Virus record (IMG/VR): IMGVR_UViG_3300025392_000148
Span: 1 to 28,821 of that record
Source of the DNA: a virus
Lineage: Duplodnaviria > Caudoviricetes
Reading direction: 5' to 3' (one strand)
DNA length: 28,821 nt
Every line of letters begins with the position of its first letter. Position 1 is the stretch's first letter. The translations under genes were made by a program, and so were the position numbers. Shown here piece after piece: positions 10,703-20,791 of this stretch. Below the pieces are notes generated by a model that saw only the letters and a program-made list of their open reading frames with translations, was not told where the DNA came from and did no database searches.

Positions 10703-12210
10703 TATGATGCCTTAACAGGAGCAGGTCTCTCCCATGGTTCGTGTGTTGGTACAACTTTTAGTGTAGTTAATACTGATCCGCTAGGTGACCAACCAGAGCC
10801 AGTGAAGATCGAATCTGGCAATGATTTTGGTATTGGTGGTAGAGTAGGTATTCCTGGAAGAGGAGGCACTGGACCTGTGCAATTTAAATTAAGTAGTGTG
10901 CCATCGATGCTGACTGCACCCATACCGGAAATCTTTGTTGTTGCCCCAGAAGATACAGTAAGTGCGCCCAATGCACCAATAGTCATTGCTGCACCAGCAT
11001 TTATACTGACTTTACCAACGGCGCTTATACTTGCACTTACATCGCCAGTCATACTGGCTTTCATTACTGCACTAGCTGAAAAACTACCAGCAGATTTTAA
11101 ATTAATACTAGGTAAGCTCATGCCCTTACTTGATGGTATTGCATCAACATTAAATGATGGTGTGCAAAAATTAATTGCAGCATCACTGTGGAAATTCATT
11201 GGGCCTTCGGTTCGCATATTAAATCCAGCAGCACCATATACGTTAATACTTCCATTGGGACTAAACTCTATCCATTGTTGTCCTGTTGCTGATGCAATAT
11301 ATAGAACCTTTTCTGTATCGTTCATTAGGATTTGATGTCCACCGCTAGTACGCAATCTCATTAACTGATCGTTACCATCTTTATCGCCATCATCCATAAC
11401 AAACTGATGTCCACCTTTACGATAAATTACAGTCTGTGGTTGCCCGGCAACTTGATCTGAGTTAGTTGCTCGACGACCCGGGGTACTAATTCCGTATACA
11501 TTACTTGGACTTTCGCGTAGGCTACTTGAACTGATAGCGCCACGTATTTTATCTCTATCGAGTCCTTGAGCAACCAAAGTCATTGTTTGTATTTCGTGTG
11601 GGTTACGTGGTGTTGCAGTTAATCCATCACTGTTAAACGCTGTGGGGCTACTTTTAGTACTTGTATTATATTCAGTTACTGGTAATACACTATCACTAGA
11701 CAAATACTGATCTAGTGTATCACTTGGATCTTTTGTATTGGCAGATCCACCAATGTCTCTAGCTATGCCCGGTACCATGTGATGACTTGGTGTGTCGTAT
11801 ACGCAGGCAAACCAGTAACCACGATCTAAGTCGCCAGCAACAAAGGTAACTAATACTTTACAACCAATGTCGGGCGGTACCATCCACATGCCGTAACTTT
11901 GGCCGCTGGTTGCTGGACTGTCTGGCAACTGTTGACTGTCTGTGCCAAATGTAGTTCCGTAAAAAGGACTTGCATAACTTACTGTTATTTGATTTGAATC
12001 TAATCCAGTTCCATCGGTCGTTGGGTTTACTACGCCAGTCCAGTCTGGTATGGTAACTTTTAACTGTCCCATGCGACTGCCCTCAACGTGCCCTTGCACT
12101 ATGGCTTCATAAGGACCAGGATCAATTTTTGTACCTGAATTTTTTCCAGTGGCAGTTGCAGTACTAGCAGCACCGGCTCGATTATAAAGGTTATTGTTAC
12201 TATCACCCAT
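10702..12210 (-). CDS. gp5: Baseplate central spike, gp5/VgrG-like (OB fold plus beta-helix)
   Basis: The OB-fold motif SRMGQLKVTIP...YGMWMVPPDIGCKVLVTFVAGDLDRGYWFAC is present, as are GHQFVMDDG and RLRTSGGHQILMND. C-terminal ~8-residue small-residue repeats are typical of beta-helix spikes. Confidence 0.85.
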   Translation of the reverse strand: MGDSNNNLYNRAGAASTATATGKNSGTKIDPGPYEAIVQGHVEGSRMGQLKVTIPDWTGVVNPTTDGTGLDSNQITVSYASPFYGTTFGTDSQQLPDSPATSGQSYGMWMVPPDIGCKVLVTFVAGDLDRGYWFACVYDTPSHHMVPGIARDIGGSANTKDPSDTLDQYLSSDSVLPVTEYNTSTKSSPTAFNSDGLTATPRNPHEIQTMTLVAQGLDRDKIRGAISSSSLRESPSNVYGISTPGRRATNSDQVAGQPQTVIYRKGGHQFVMDDGDKDGNDQLMRLRTSGGHQILMNDTEKVLYIASATGQQWIEFSPNGSINVYGAAGFNMRTEGPMNFHSDAAINFCTPSFNVDAIPSSKGMSLPSINLKSAGSFSASAVMKASMTGDVSASISAVGKVSINAGAAMTIGALGALTVSSGATTKISGMGAVSIDGTLLNLNCTGPVPPLPGIPTLPPIPKSLPDSIFTGSGWSPSGSVLTTLKVVPTHEPWERPAPVKAS

Positions 12211-12215
12211 TTTGA

Positions 12216-14441
12216 TTATGTTCCACTTTGTTCTCTGTCGCTGTTATATCCACCATATGGTGCTGATAAATCTGGCCCCGATGGTGCACCGTTTGAATTA
12301 GTTGGTACGCTAGTTGTTTGATTAGCTTGACTAGTACTTACAGCTGATCCCACACCCACGGGCTTTCCTGTTGCAGGATCAATAATCGATACTCTGCCAG
12401 TATTAGTTGTTTGACTAAATTTAGAAGAAAAATCTGAATTGATATATCTAGCTAAATGTAATGTTTGTTCAAATTTACCACCAGCAAATCTACTGTCAAC
12501 TTTTAATATTGTATACTGTCCGCTGAATAAACTTTGTTTACTCCAAGGTTGCGGAGCCATTAGTCCATTGTTGGTATAGTCTGTATCTATATCCAATGGT
12601 GTATTAATAGTTAGTGCAACAATAAGTTCCCCGGCGTCTGTTCTGACATGTCCGTATTTTCTTGCAAATAGATCTTGACCCATACTGTCCCAACTGTTAA
12701 AAATTGACGACTTTGTTGGACTAGGAACATAGGCCCAATCGTCTTGCTTTAACAAGGTAGGATCGCCAACAATGGTTAAGTCTACTTTGAGCATATCACC
12801 ATTGAGATTACTAAAATTTGATTTTAGTACATCGGCGCCAACAATGCCTGCAGCACGAGATGTTAATGATGTTGTTGTTCGCGGATCGTTAACTATGTTC
12901 TTTACTCTGTATGGTGTAGCTGTTCCAATGCCAAGTAATGCTGGAACTCCAAGACCAATACTTGACGGTATTAAATTGATTGCTGACCCAAGGCTCAATG
13001 CATAGTCTCCGCCGCTTTGAGCTGTAGTTTGGGCTGCTGCAATTTGTCTATTATAAGACAGAACTGATGTATAAAATGTTGTATCAAATTGTAATTTTAA
13101 ATCAACGATGTCAATGTTTTGCCCGGTGTACAGATAGTTATAACTTTTAATTGTATAGGGTGTACTGTCTGGCATAGCTGGCTGTGCAGGGTGTGCGCCT
13201 TTCCAACTTGGGTACTGATGAATCTTGTAGGTAAATGCCTTAGGATAGGAATTTCTTAAACTGTCTACGCCAGTGTTATTAACTGGTGTTCCAGATTTAT
13301 CAACCCCTTGGTATTTTGTCTGTACTACTGTTTTAACAAGATTAGTAATAACTGTTTCGTCCGGTGCACCTTTGCCAGTTTCTTGTCCTAGCTGATCATT
13401 GATTAACCAACTCGACTGTGCTATCACTTTTGTAATGATTTTAACAATAGAAGTGCCTGCATGAATATTCCAGGTATTTTTACTTAATGTTATGTCTGCG
13501 GTATTTGGATCTGCTTTGGCCAATGAAGTTTCGTTTTCGTTAACAATAGAACTTTTTAAAATATCAGGATCAATATCAAATGCAATTGAGTCACCGTAGC
13601 CAGCGTTACCTCGAGTAATTTCAGTAGTGTAGTATTCGTTAAATTGTTTTACTAATCCGGTTGGACCATTGAAGAATTCATCTACTGTACCGGCAGTAAT
13701 TTGAAATATCTTTGGAGTCTTGGCATTTTCTTCATGGTGTGCTACGTGTCCTGCTGGAGCAAAGGTAATTTTATATTCAGCACCTCTGTTACTAATATTA
13801 ATTTTAACTGCAAGAAATGTAATAGGAAAACGTTTTCTATAAACGCTGGTAGCAGAATTTTCTAGTTGATTTCCTTTGTCATCATAGCCATGGAAATCTA
13901 ACTGTAGCAAATAAGGTTGCTGTGTATAGTTATTGTACTTTGTACCGTCAAAACTTGCAGCCACTAGGTTATCAATGAATGTTACACCGTATGGTTCTAA
14001 TATAGTCATTGACCCAGACAGTAAGTTACTGTGCTCTGTAGTTTTGTTTAGACCAAATGTTGTACTGAGTTGTACGTCTTGTATATTATAGTTTAATCCT
14101 GCACTTGCCGGTAAGCGACGATCCGGATAAAGTCCACTGTCTTCAGCTACTACGTAACTAGTTGGACCTGGATTCCATGCCATAGCAGCATCAACATCGC
14201 CGGCGTCAACTAAGGCATTGTAGTCATTGACATCAAGCCACCATAGACTCCAACTATAACTCCAGCTGGCAAACTGATGCATTGGATTTGGGATAAGAGC
14301 TGTAACAGCAGGTTTTTTAGTAGTAGATGAAGATGCTGTTACTGTAACTGCACCAACAGAATCTGTTGATGGAGTTGAACTGACTGATCCATCGGCGTTG
14401 GTGGTTAATGTTGAACCGTCATCAAATATTTGAGTTGGCAT
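12216..14441 (-). CDS. Baseplate hub / tail protein (gp27/GpD-like), 741 aa
   Basis: It lies between gp53-like and gp5-like genes. The C-terminal LTIVGDP...FSGQYTILKVDSRFAGGKFEQTLHLAR is typical of hub proteins. Confidence 0.65.
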   Translation of the reverse strand: MPTQIFDDGSTLTTNADGSVSSTPSTDSVGAVTVTASSSTTKKPAVTALIPNPMHQFASWSYSWSLWWLDVNDYNALVDAGDVDAAMAWNPGPTSYVVAEDSGLYPDRRLPASAGLNYNIQDVQLSTTFGLNKTTEHSNLLSGSMTILEPYGVTFIDNLVAASFDGTKYNNYTQQPYLLQLDFHGYDDKGNQLENSATSVYRKRFPITFLAVKINISNRGAEYKITFAPAGHVAHHEENAKTPKIFQITAGTVDEFFNGPTGLVKQFNEYYTTEITRGNAGYGDSIAFDIDPDILKSSIVNENETSLAKADPNTADITLSKNTWNIHAGTSIVKIITKVIAQSSWLINDQLGQETGKGAPDETVITNLVKTVVQTKYQGVDKSGTPVNNTGVDSLRNSYPKAFTYKIHQYPSWKGAHPAQPAMPDSTPYTIKSYNYLYTGQNIDIVDLKLQFDTTFYTSVLSYNRQIAAAQTTAQSGGDYALSLGSAINLIPSSIGLGVPALLGIGTATPYRVKNIVNDPRTTTSLTSRAAGIVGADVLKSNFSNLNGDMLKVDLTIVGDPTLLKQDDWAYVPSPTKSSIFNSWDSMGQDLFARKYGHVRTDAGELIVALTINTPLDIDTDYTNNGLMAPQPWSKQSLFSGQYTILKVDSRFAGGKFEQTLHLARYINSDFSSKFSQTTNTGRVSIIDPATGKPVGVGSAVSTSQANQTTSVPTNSNGAPSGPDLSAPYGGYNSDREQSGT

Positions 14442-14444
14442 TGG

Positions 14445-14744
14445 TTAGATTCCTATAGCTGATTTAATAGTAGCTAAGGTAGGTACGTAGATAATTACAC
14501 CAGTGCGAAATCCAAACAGTGGATCTTTAAGTACGTCCGGATTACGTACAGAAAACACCCACCATAAATTACTGTCTTTATAAAGATCGTATGCTAGTAT
14601 ATCTGGACGTAGATTATACACTGGGTCGATTTGATAGTGTGCATCATCAATTGCTGGTGCAATAGTCTTGGCTTTCCATGTATCCAGGAATGGTCCAAAC
14701 ATTGGAGTGCCATAGTAAGGGCTAGTCTTTGAATAAGTTGCCAT
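14445..14744 (-). CDS. gp53: Baseplate wedge subunit, gp53/LysM-like (99 aa)
   Basis: RPDILAYDLYKDSNLWWVFSVRNP...GVIIYVP is the gp53/tail-X LysM-like motif. Confidence 0.8.
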   Translation of the reverse strand: MATYSKTSPYYGTPMFGPFLDTWKAKTIAPAIDDAHYQIDPVYNLRPDILAYDLYKDSNLWWVFSVRNPDVLKDPLFGFRTGVIIYVPTLATIKSAIGI

Positions 14745-15748
14745 TAGATAAATCCGCCTGTGGTTCTTCCATTTGTTGCGCCAAATGCTGTAGCTGGTTG
14801 ACCACTAGGTGCATTGTTAATTAATGCGCCGGCAGCAAAATTATTAAGGCTAAACACTTGACTCTGTGCATAACGACTGTAAACTGGTTGTAGTACCACA
14901 GTAATTGAACTAGTAGTTGGCAAGCGTGTACTACTTAACAATGGATTATTAAATTGAGGGTTTAGTCCAGGGTTCTGTAAAGTAACTGCCGGTTCAGGTA
15001 CGTCCATGTAGTCAACATCCGATGGCATAGTATGACTAAAGCTAGTTACCAAGCAAGGTACATTTGGGAAATAGTACTTACCATAACCATTTAGGTAAAC
15101 CAACGGAGGTGGGTTACCGGCCATCGAACCATCTTGTCCAAAGAACATTTTTGTAATTGCTCTAAAGAAATAAATGGTTGCCAGTAAGTATTGACCTTCG
15201 TTAATATTTTGTACAGTAAATTCGCCAGTTACAGTAATTGCTTGTACTTCTGAATTATCATAGTAGTACTGTGTATAGTTATTATGTGTTAATTTTTGTC
15301 CAGTATAGTTTGCAGTATGTGTAACCTGTACCTGTGGAGTATAAGGGAATACTACACCAATACGACTGGCACCGCTTTGGTCAATACCGTTATTAAACAA
15401 ACTACCGATGGCGCCAGCAAAGCTATTGGGATTGGTACCCAAATTTGTCAACGGGCTTAACAACATATTGCCCGGATCATTGTAAAAATAATTGCTATTT
15501 GGTGCTAGGTTAATACGTACACGCCAGTCTTTGCTGGCCTGGGGGAAAATTGGTACTGGTGCAGGTGCGCCTGGTGCCATACTGTACTGAAACATACCAT
15601 TGACGTTTTGACGTCCGCCCGTTTGACTTTGGGTTACACCAACTGACCCAAGTAGTGTGGAATTTATAGCTGTGCCCAACTGGGATCCAAAGCTCTGAGT
15701 GCTTGATCCGGATGGTCCTGGCAATACTGCATTAGGTAAAACTGGCAT
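14744..15748 (-). CDS. Tail tube initiator / baseplate protein (gp48/gp54-like)
   Basis: GVVFPYTPQVQVTHTANY...GNPPPLVYLNGYGKYYFPNVPCLVTSFS is a tube-fold initiator-type motif. It is the first gene of the baseplate operon and has an AGGA SD. Confidence 0.6.
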   Translation of the reverse strand: MPVLPNAVLPGPSGSSTQSFGSQLGTAINSTLLGSVGVTQSQTGGRQNVNGMFQYSMAPGAPAPVPIFPQASKDWRVRINLAPNSNYFYNDPGNMLLSPLTNLGTNPNSFAGAIGSLFNNGIDQSGASRIGVVFPYTPQVQVTHTANYTGQKLTHNNYTQYYYDNSEVQAITVTGEFTVQNINEGQYLLATIYFFRAITKMFFGQDGSMAGNPPPLVYLNGYGKYYFPNVPCLVTSFSHTMPSDVDYMDVPEPAVTLQNPGLNPQFNNPLLSSTRLPTTSSITVVLQPVYSRYAQSQVFSLNNFAAGALINNAPSGQPATAFGATNGRTTGGFI

Positions 15749-15767
15749 ATAAATCCTATGTTATACA

Positions 15768-15776
15768 GTATTTATT
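15768..15776 (-). promoter_or_regulatory. Putative late promoter (AATAAATAC) for the baseplate operon
   Basis: ATAAATA core about 20 nt upstream of the ATG at 15748, followed by an AGGA SD. Confidence 0.65.
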
Positions 15777-15819
15777 AACTTGTATAAACGGCTAATATAA
15801 TGTTAATTTAATAAAAAGG

Positions 15820-15849
15820 TTGACCAGGGTAACTTAAATATGTTAGTAT
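15820..15849 (+). promoter_or_regulatory. Sigma70-like promoter for the late sigma gene
   Basis: TTGACC (15820-15825), an 18-nt spacer and an extended -10 TGtTAGTAT (15841-15849), with an AT-rich UP-like tract upstream. Confidence 0.55.
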
Positions 15850-15874
15850 GTGCTAACTTTAAAGGAAACAAAGG

Positions 15875-16768
15875 ATGGCCCGCAATAATTATCTCAATAA
15901 TAAAGATATTCTCAAAGAAATTCATAAAAGTAAAAACAGCTATTGCTTCTACGAAACACCAGATGTAGCTGATTACGATATGATTGTCCCAGACGTAAAA
16001 AAGATCAACAAAAAGAATATCATGCAAGCACGTAAAGATCGCGCTGTTAGACTACAAAAACTAGCACACGAAGTTGCTACTGCTGATGGAACTAAAAGAA
16101 AATTAGACGAGTTTGAAATTAAACTCAAAGATGTCTTAGACACCGATGTTGTATTTCGTGTGATGACATGGGATCATATTCCAGTTGACGACGTTAAAAG
16201 CCGTAAGGCCGCTGTCAAGGCATTGGAATTAGAAGACGATGGTCCAGCACGTAGTGAATACGACGATGACGAACTAGACATTGCCGGCAATACCAAGTAC
16301 GTTAAAGTAAACTTTCCGCCATTTGAACACTACAAAGTCGACAAAGCTGGCGAACCTATATTGGTAGGACGTAGCCATTGGAAGGGCAATTTAAAGACCG
16401 GAACCTTTAGTAAGGATCACGGCAAGATGACTCCCAAGTTAGCTCACATGTTTATCAAACTGTGTGAACGTTATGCTACACGCTCTAACTGGCGTGGTTA
16501 TACATATAACGACGAAATGCGTAGTCAAGCATTGTTACAGTTAAGTCAAATTGGTCTACAGTTTGACGAATTTAAAAGTCAAAACCCTTTTGCGTATTAT
16601 ACGGCAGCAATTACCAATTCATTCACTCGAGTGTTAAATATAGAAAAGCGTAATCAAAATTTACGTGACGACATTCTTGAAATGAATAATTTAACCCCAA
16701 GTTACACACGTCAAGGTATGAAAATATCAGCAACTAGTGGTGGCAGCGACGGCGGTTATGATGACTAA
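15875..16768 (+). CDS. gp55: Late-transcription sigma factor, T4 gp55-like
   Basis: NYLNNKDILKEI at the N-terminus, and CERYATRSNWRGYTYNDEMRSQAL...FDEFKSQNPFAYYTAAITNSFTRVLNIEKRNQ matching the gp55 core. It lies upstream of gp47 and gp46 as in T4-like phages. Confidence 0.88.
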   Translation: MARNNYLNNKDILKEIHKSKNSYCFYETPDVADYDMIVPDVKKINKKNIMQARKDRAVRLQKLAHEVATADGTKRKLDEFEIKLKDVLDTDVVFRVMTWDHIPVDDVKSRKAAVKALELEDDGPARSEYDDDELDIAGNTKYVKVNFPPFEHYKVDKAGEPILVGRSHWKGNLKTGTFSKDHGKMTPKLAHMFIKLCERYATRSNWRGYTYNDEMRSQALLQLSQIGLQFDEFKSQNPFAYYTAAITNSFTRVLNIEKRNQNLRDDILEMNNLTPSYTRQGMKISATSGGSDGGYDD

Positions 16769-18291
16769 TGACCTTTAATCAAAAGATATTAATCTTAGGT
16801 AGTGAAACTCTACAAACAGACGAATTAACCGGTGCCTTGGCCAACAGCTCGGGCACAGTTAATTACGGGCTCGTTGAATCTGCAGAGTTTGTTCCTGTTA
16901 ACGTGGGCTACTATCATACGTCAACTGCTGATTTAAGTCCTGGCGACATTGTTTGCCTTTCTAAACATTTTGATCAAATTGAAATGCTAGATCAAGACAT
17001 CGAAGACTACCCGCATTTTAAAAGTCTAGTAACTACTTTACGACTAATGCAGGACTTAGAAGAGCTGGGAGTCAATACTGTATACAGAGATAACAAGTCA
17101 GCAAAAAGACTATTGCACTGGCGCAATTTCCTTAAAGAAAATAGAAGTTTTTGCATCTGGCCGTTTATTGGCGTAGTAAACGATTTTGGCATTACTACTG
17201 CCTGTAGTAAAAGTTACAAGCCGCTGACTCGATTAAACGAAATGACAGATTGGAAAAACGATCCAAACTATAACGAAGTAAGAAACAACATGATTGCCGG
17301 CACACTGATGCCAGACCGTTGCGGTGACTGTTATGCTAGAGAACAAAACGAAGGACTAACAGAAAGTGCTAGACAATTTGAAACACTTGAATGGCTACAG
17401 AGACTGTCTGTTGATTCTGTTGATGAATTAGAAAAAATAGAAAATCCACTGTTATATGAGTTCCGCCCAAGTAACAAGTGTAATATCATGTGTCGTATGT
17501 GCGACGATGCACACAGTCATTTAATTGAAAAAGAATGGAAAGCTGTAGGTATTCCATTGTTGCCAAGAAAATTTACCAGTACTCCAGATTTTGATAAAAT
17601 CAACTTTTCATCAGCACAGCGTATCTACTGGGGTGGTGGCGAACCTACAATAATGCCAGAGTTTTATAGTTTTCTAGAAAAATGCATTGCAACCGGTCAT
17701 ACTGATTTTGAATTAAACATTGGCACTAATGCTATGAAGTTTAGCGATAAATTAGTTAACCTATTAGATAGCTTTAGTAAAGTTACCTTATCTGTCAGTT
17801 ACGACGGGTACCAAAGGGTAAACGACTATGTACGCTGGTTGTCAGATTTTGACACTATGGTCGATAACTGTCGACGTTTACGAGATCGTGGACATATTAT
17901 ATCATTGCAAACGGTATTTTCAATGTGGAACGTAACTCGCATACATGAAATATTTGAATTTTATGATCGTGAATATCCAAACGCAGGTCTATTAGTACAA
18001 CCAGCCGAAGGACAAAACAGAATATTCTTACCATACAATCATCCAAGACCCGATTTGGTTGTAGAGTCAATGGAACGTTGCAAACAAACCAAAGTGTACT
18101 ATGCCAATGGCAGATCTATTAAGAGTCTAGTAGATCTTATACACAGCCACTATTCCAATCCTAATTATACTGTTGACAAAGAACTGCTAAGAGATTTTTA
18201 TGAGTTCAATGACATATTGGACAATGCTCGTGGTAGCCGATTAGAAGACTATATACCCGAACTAGCACACGCTCGTAGTATAATCGACTAA
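16768..18291 (+). CDS. Radical SAM protein with N-terminal unknown domain and N-terminal SPASM/twitch-like Cys cluster
   Basis: CNIMCRMC (CxxxCxxC), GGGEP, TNA and VSYDG...NDYVR motifs. Upstream Cys cluster FCIWPF..ACS..CGDCY. Confidence 0.88.
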   Translation: MTFNQKILILGSETLQTDELTGALANSSGTVNYGLVESAEFVPVNVGYYHTSTADLSPGDIVCLSKHFDQIEMLDQDIEDYPHFKSLVTTLRLMQDLEELGVNTVYRDNKSAKRLLHWRNFLKENRSFCIWPFIGVVNDFGITTACSKSYKPLTRLNEMTDWKNDPNYNEVRNNMIAGTLMPDRCGDCYAREQNEGLTESARQFETLEWLQRLSVDSVDELEKIENPLLYEFRPSNKCNIMCRMCDDAHSHLIEKEWKAVGIPLLPRKFTSTPDFDKINFSSAQRIYWGGGEPTIMPEFYSFLEKCIATGHTDFELNIGTNAMKFSDKLVNLLDSFSKVTLSVSYDGYQRVNDYVRWLSDFDTMVDNCRRLRDRGHIISLQTVFSMWNVTRIHEIFEFYDREYPNAGLLVQPAEGQNRIFLPYNHPRPDLVVESMERCKQTKVYYANGRSIKSLVDLIHSHYSNPNYTVDKELLRDFYEFNDILDNARGSRLEDYIPELAHARSIID

Positions 18292-18299
18292 ACTTGTTG

Positions 18300-18328
18300 T
18301 TGCAATTACCAAAATAATCGTGTATAGT
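18300..18328 (+). promoter_or_regulatory. Sigma70-like promoter, predicted leaderless gp47 mRNA
   Basis: TTGCAA-N17-TATAGT, then 7 nt to the ATG at 18336, with no SD. Confidence 0.7.
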
Positions 18329-18335
18329 AGCAGTT

Positions 18336-19352
18336 ATGACTAATCTATTTAAAAAAGCCGCTGTCTTTACTGATATCCACTTTGGATTAAAATCTAATAG
18401 CACGATCCATAACGAAGATTGTCTTAACTTTGTTAAATGGGCAACTGCTAAAGCCCGAGAGGAAGGGTGCGACACCGCACTCTTTCTTGGTGACTGGCAT
18501 AATAATCGTGCGTCAATTAATATTGTAACACTACAATACAGCCTAAGGGCGCTGGAGCATTTAAATGAAAACTTTAGTCAAACATACTTTATTCCGGGCA
18601 ACCATGATTTGTATTATCGTGATAAACGTGATGTACAATCTGTGGAGTGGGCCAAACATCTCAGTAACATTCACATTTGTAACGATTGGACTACTGTGGG
18701 TGATGTTACTATTGCTCCTTGGCTCGTTGGTGATGACTATAAGCGAGTCCCGAAACTAAAAGGCAAGTACATGTTTGGGCACTTCGAGTTGCCACACTTC
18801 TTTATGAATGCCATGGTACAGATGCCGGATCATGGAGAAATCAAAGCCGACGCATTTAAAAACTTTGAAACTGTATTCTCCGGCCATTTCCATAAACGCC
18901 AGAACAGCAAAAACATCTGGTATATTGGCAACTGCTTTCCACATAACTATGCTGACGCTGCCGATGATGCACGTGGTATGATGATCTTAGAGTGGGGTAA
19001 AGAGCCTGAATTTCATGCCTGGCCCGATCAGCCACGTTATCGTGTGTATAGACTAAGTGATACACTAAAGCGTCCAGAAGAACTATTAATGCCAGGTATG
19101 CATGTACGTGTTAATTTGGACATTGATATCAGTTACGAAGAAGCTACGTTTATCAAAGAAACATTTGCTGACACTTATAAACTGCGTGAAATTACACTTA
19201 TTCCACAGAAGTCCACTGACATTACCGAATACGAAATACAAGGCAACGTAAACTTTGAAAGCGTAGATCAAATTGTAACCAATCAATTGACCAGTATTGC
19301 CAGCGAACACTATGATCCAAATTTATTGCTGGACATCTATAGAAATTTATAA
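18336..19352 (+). CDS. gp47: Recombination endonuclease subunit, gp47/SbcD/Mre11-like metallophosphoesterase
   Basis: Phosphoesterase motifs FTDIHFG, FLGDWH, PGNHD, GHFE and SGHFHKR, plus synteny with gp46. Confidence 0.93.
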   Translation: MTNLFKKAAVFTDIHFGLKSNSTIHNEDCLNFVKWATAKAREEGCDTALFLGDWHNNRASINIVTLQYSLRALEHLNENFSQTYFIPGNHDLYYRDKRDVQSVEWAKHLSNIHICNDWTTVGDVTIAPWLVGDDYKRVPKLKGKYMFGHFELPHFFMNAMVQMPDHGEIKADAFKNFETVFSGHFHKRQNSKNIWYIGNCFPHNYADAADDARGMMILEWGKEPEFHAWPDQPRYRVYRLSDTLKRPEELLMPGMHVRVNLDIDISYEEATFIKETFADTYKLREITLIPQKSTDITEYEIQGNVNFESVDQIVTNQLTSIASEHYDPNLLLDIYRNL

Positions 19353-20791
19353 TGTTAATCACCAGGGCTTGCATTAATCCTAACATTGTATTGCACCGCA
19401 CTGACAACTTTGATATTGTTCAGTCTATCAATTATGAAGAATTTTGCGGGATGATCAATTTTTGGAAAATGTTTTTTGTAGAACAGTACAATGTAAAAGC
19501 TGGAGAACGTGCATTTATTGTTGGTAGCCCTGGATATAATTATTACGGTGCTATATTTGCTGCCATGGAACTGGGCCTAGTATTAATACTTGATTGGCCT
19601 CACTGCTATAACGAATCTGATTTGTCTAACTATAAAGTAACAATGTTTGGCAAAATTAACTACATTGTATATCTTGATTCAGCAGATCCTACAGAAAATA
19701 CACACTGGGATCAAGAAAGAAATCGTCGTTTTAGTCGTAATGTCATTACACTCAATGATTTTCAAAACTACAGTATAAAAGATGGCACCAGATATAAAGA
19801 AATAAGCGAACGTATCGACTGCGGTCCCGACGATATAGTTGTAGAATATCCCAGTAGTGGCACTACAGGCAAACCCAAACGTATCACCAATACGCATAAA
19901 AAGATTTACTTAATGGGTCAACGCATTGGTCGTATGTTTAAATTTGCGCCAGAAGATAATATTCTACATTTAACCAATTTGAATCACGGACACGGTTTAT
20001 GTTTACATTTTCTTCCAGGATTTATGATGTCCAATGTACACTATTCTGCTAATCCAAACGATCTAGCAGGTGTAACTAAATTTATCAGCGATAAAAAAAT
20101 TAATCGTGCATTACTTTATACATCAAAATTACTATTAGATTTTTTAAAACAAACTGTTAGATTAGATCACCCGTTAAAAATATTAACATTGTATCAAATT
20201 ACTCCCGAAGTTATACGATTAATGCGTGATAAAAATATTGCCGAAGTTAAAAGTACATTTGGTGATACTGCAATTGGCGCAGGATTCTTATTAAAAACAG
20301 AAACTCCCGATACAGACTTGACTGATTATAGTACAAGTAACTATGGTCCCAAAGTTGATGACTTTTGGCAATTTGAAATACGCAACGGTGTTCTATGGGT
20401 CAAGTCCGACGTGTTAGAACAAGACTGGATGACTAGCAATGATCAATTTGACATCGTCAACGGCAACTACTATTTTAAAGGTCGTGCCGATGCATATAAA
20501 ATACAAGACGAGTGGGTTGGGCTTGACGAAATAGAGCAGGCTGTACGTACAGCATTTTATTCTAAAGCTACTATTGCAGTTGATTTAGAAATGCAAAAAA
20601 TTTATCTTGCTATATGGGAAGAAGATCCTGTTGCAGAACAAATGGTCAACGACTATTTTAAACAAAAATATAAAAATGTACGTATCAGTTACGTTATTAG
20701 AAATCAAAAATATGAAGAATTTTTTAACAGTAGAAAAATAGACAACAGTAAGATTAGAGATTACTGTAGAACTCAATTAGGATTAAAATGA
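19352..20791 (+). CDS. Adenylate-forming (AMP-binding, ANL superfamily) enzyme, divergent
   Basis: P-loop-like YPSSGTTGKPKRI, plus LNHGHG, FGDT, YFKGRAD, DEIE and C-terminal RKID motifs. Confidence 0.78.
   Translation: MLITRACINPNIVLHRTDNFDIVQSINYEEFCGMINFWKMFFVEQYNVKAGERAFIVGSPGYNYYGAIFAAMELGLVLILDWPHCYNESDLSNYKVTMFGKINYIVYLDSADPTENTHWDQERNRRFSRNVITLNDFQNYSIKDGTRYKEISERIDCGPDDIVVEYPSSGTTGKPKRITNTHKKIYLMGQRIGRMFKFAPEDNILHLTNLNHGHGLCLHFLPGFMMSNVHYSANPNDLAGVTKFISDKKINRALLYTSKLLLDFLKQTVRLDHPLKILTLYQITPEVIRLMRDKNIAEVKSTFGDTAIGAGFLLKTETPDTDLTDYSTSNYGPKVDDFWQFEIRNGVLWVKSDVLEQDWMTSNDQFDIVNGNYYFKGRADAYKIQDEWVGLDEIEQAVRTAFYSKATIAVDLEMQKIYLAIWEEDPVAEQMVNDYFKQKYKNVRISYVIRNQKYEEFFNSRKIDNSKIRDYCRTQLGLK

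Noticed and set aside
1648-13005. Plus-strand ORFs in the track (1648, 3450, 7131, 7734, 8133, 8768, 9165, 10138, 10802, 12772) and the nested minus ORF at 10212
   Set aside because: They are antisense or out-of-frame shadows of long structural genes with no motifs. ORF 10802-11335 simply mirrors the repetitive gp5 beta-helix.
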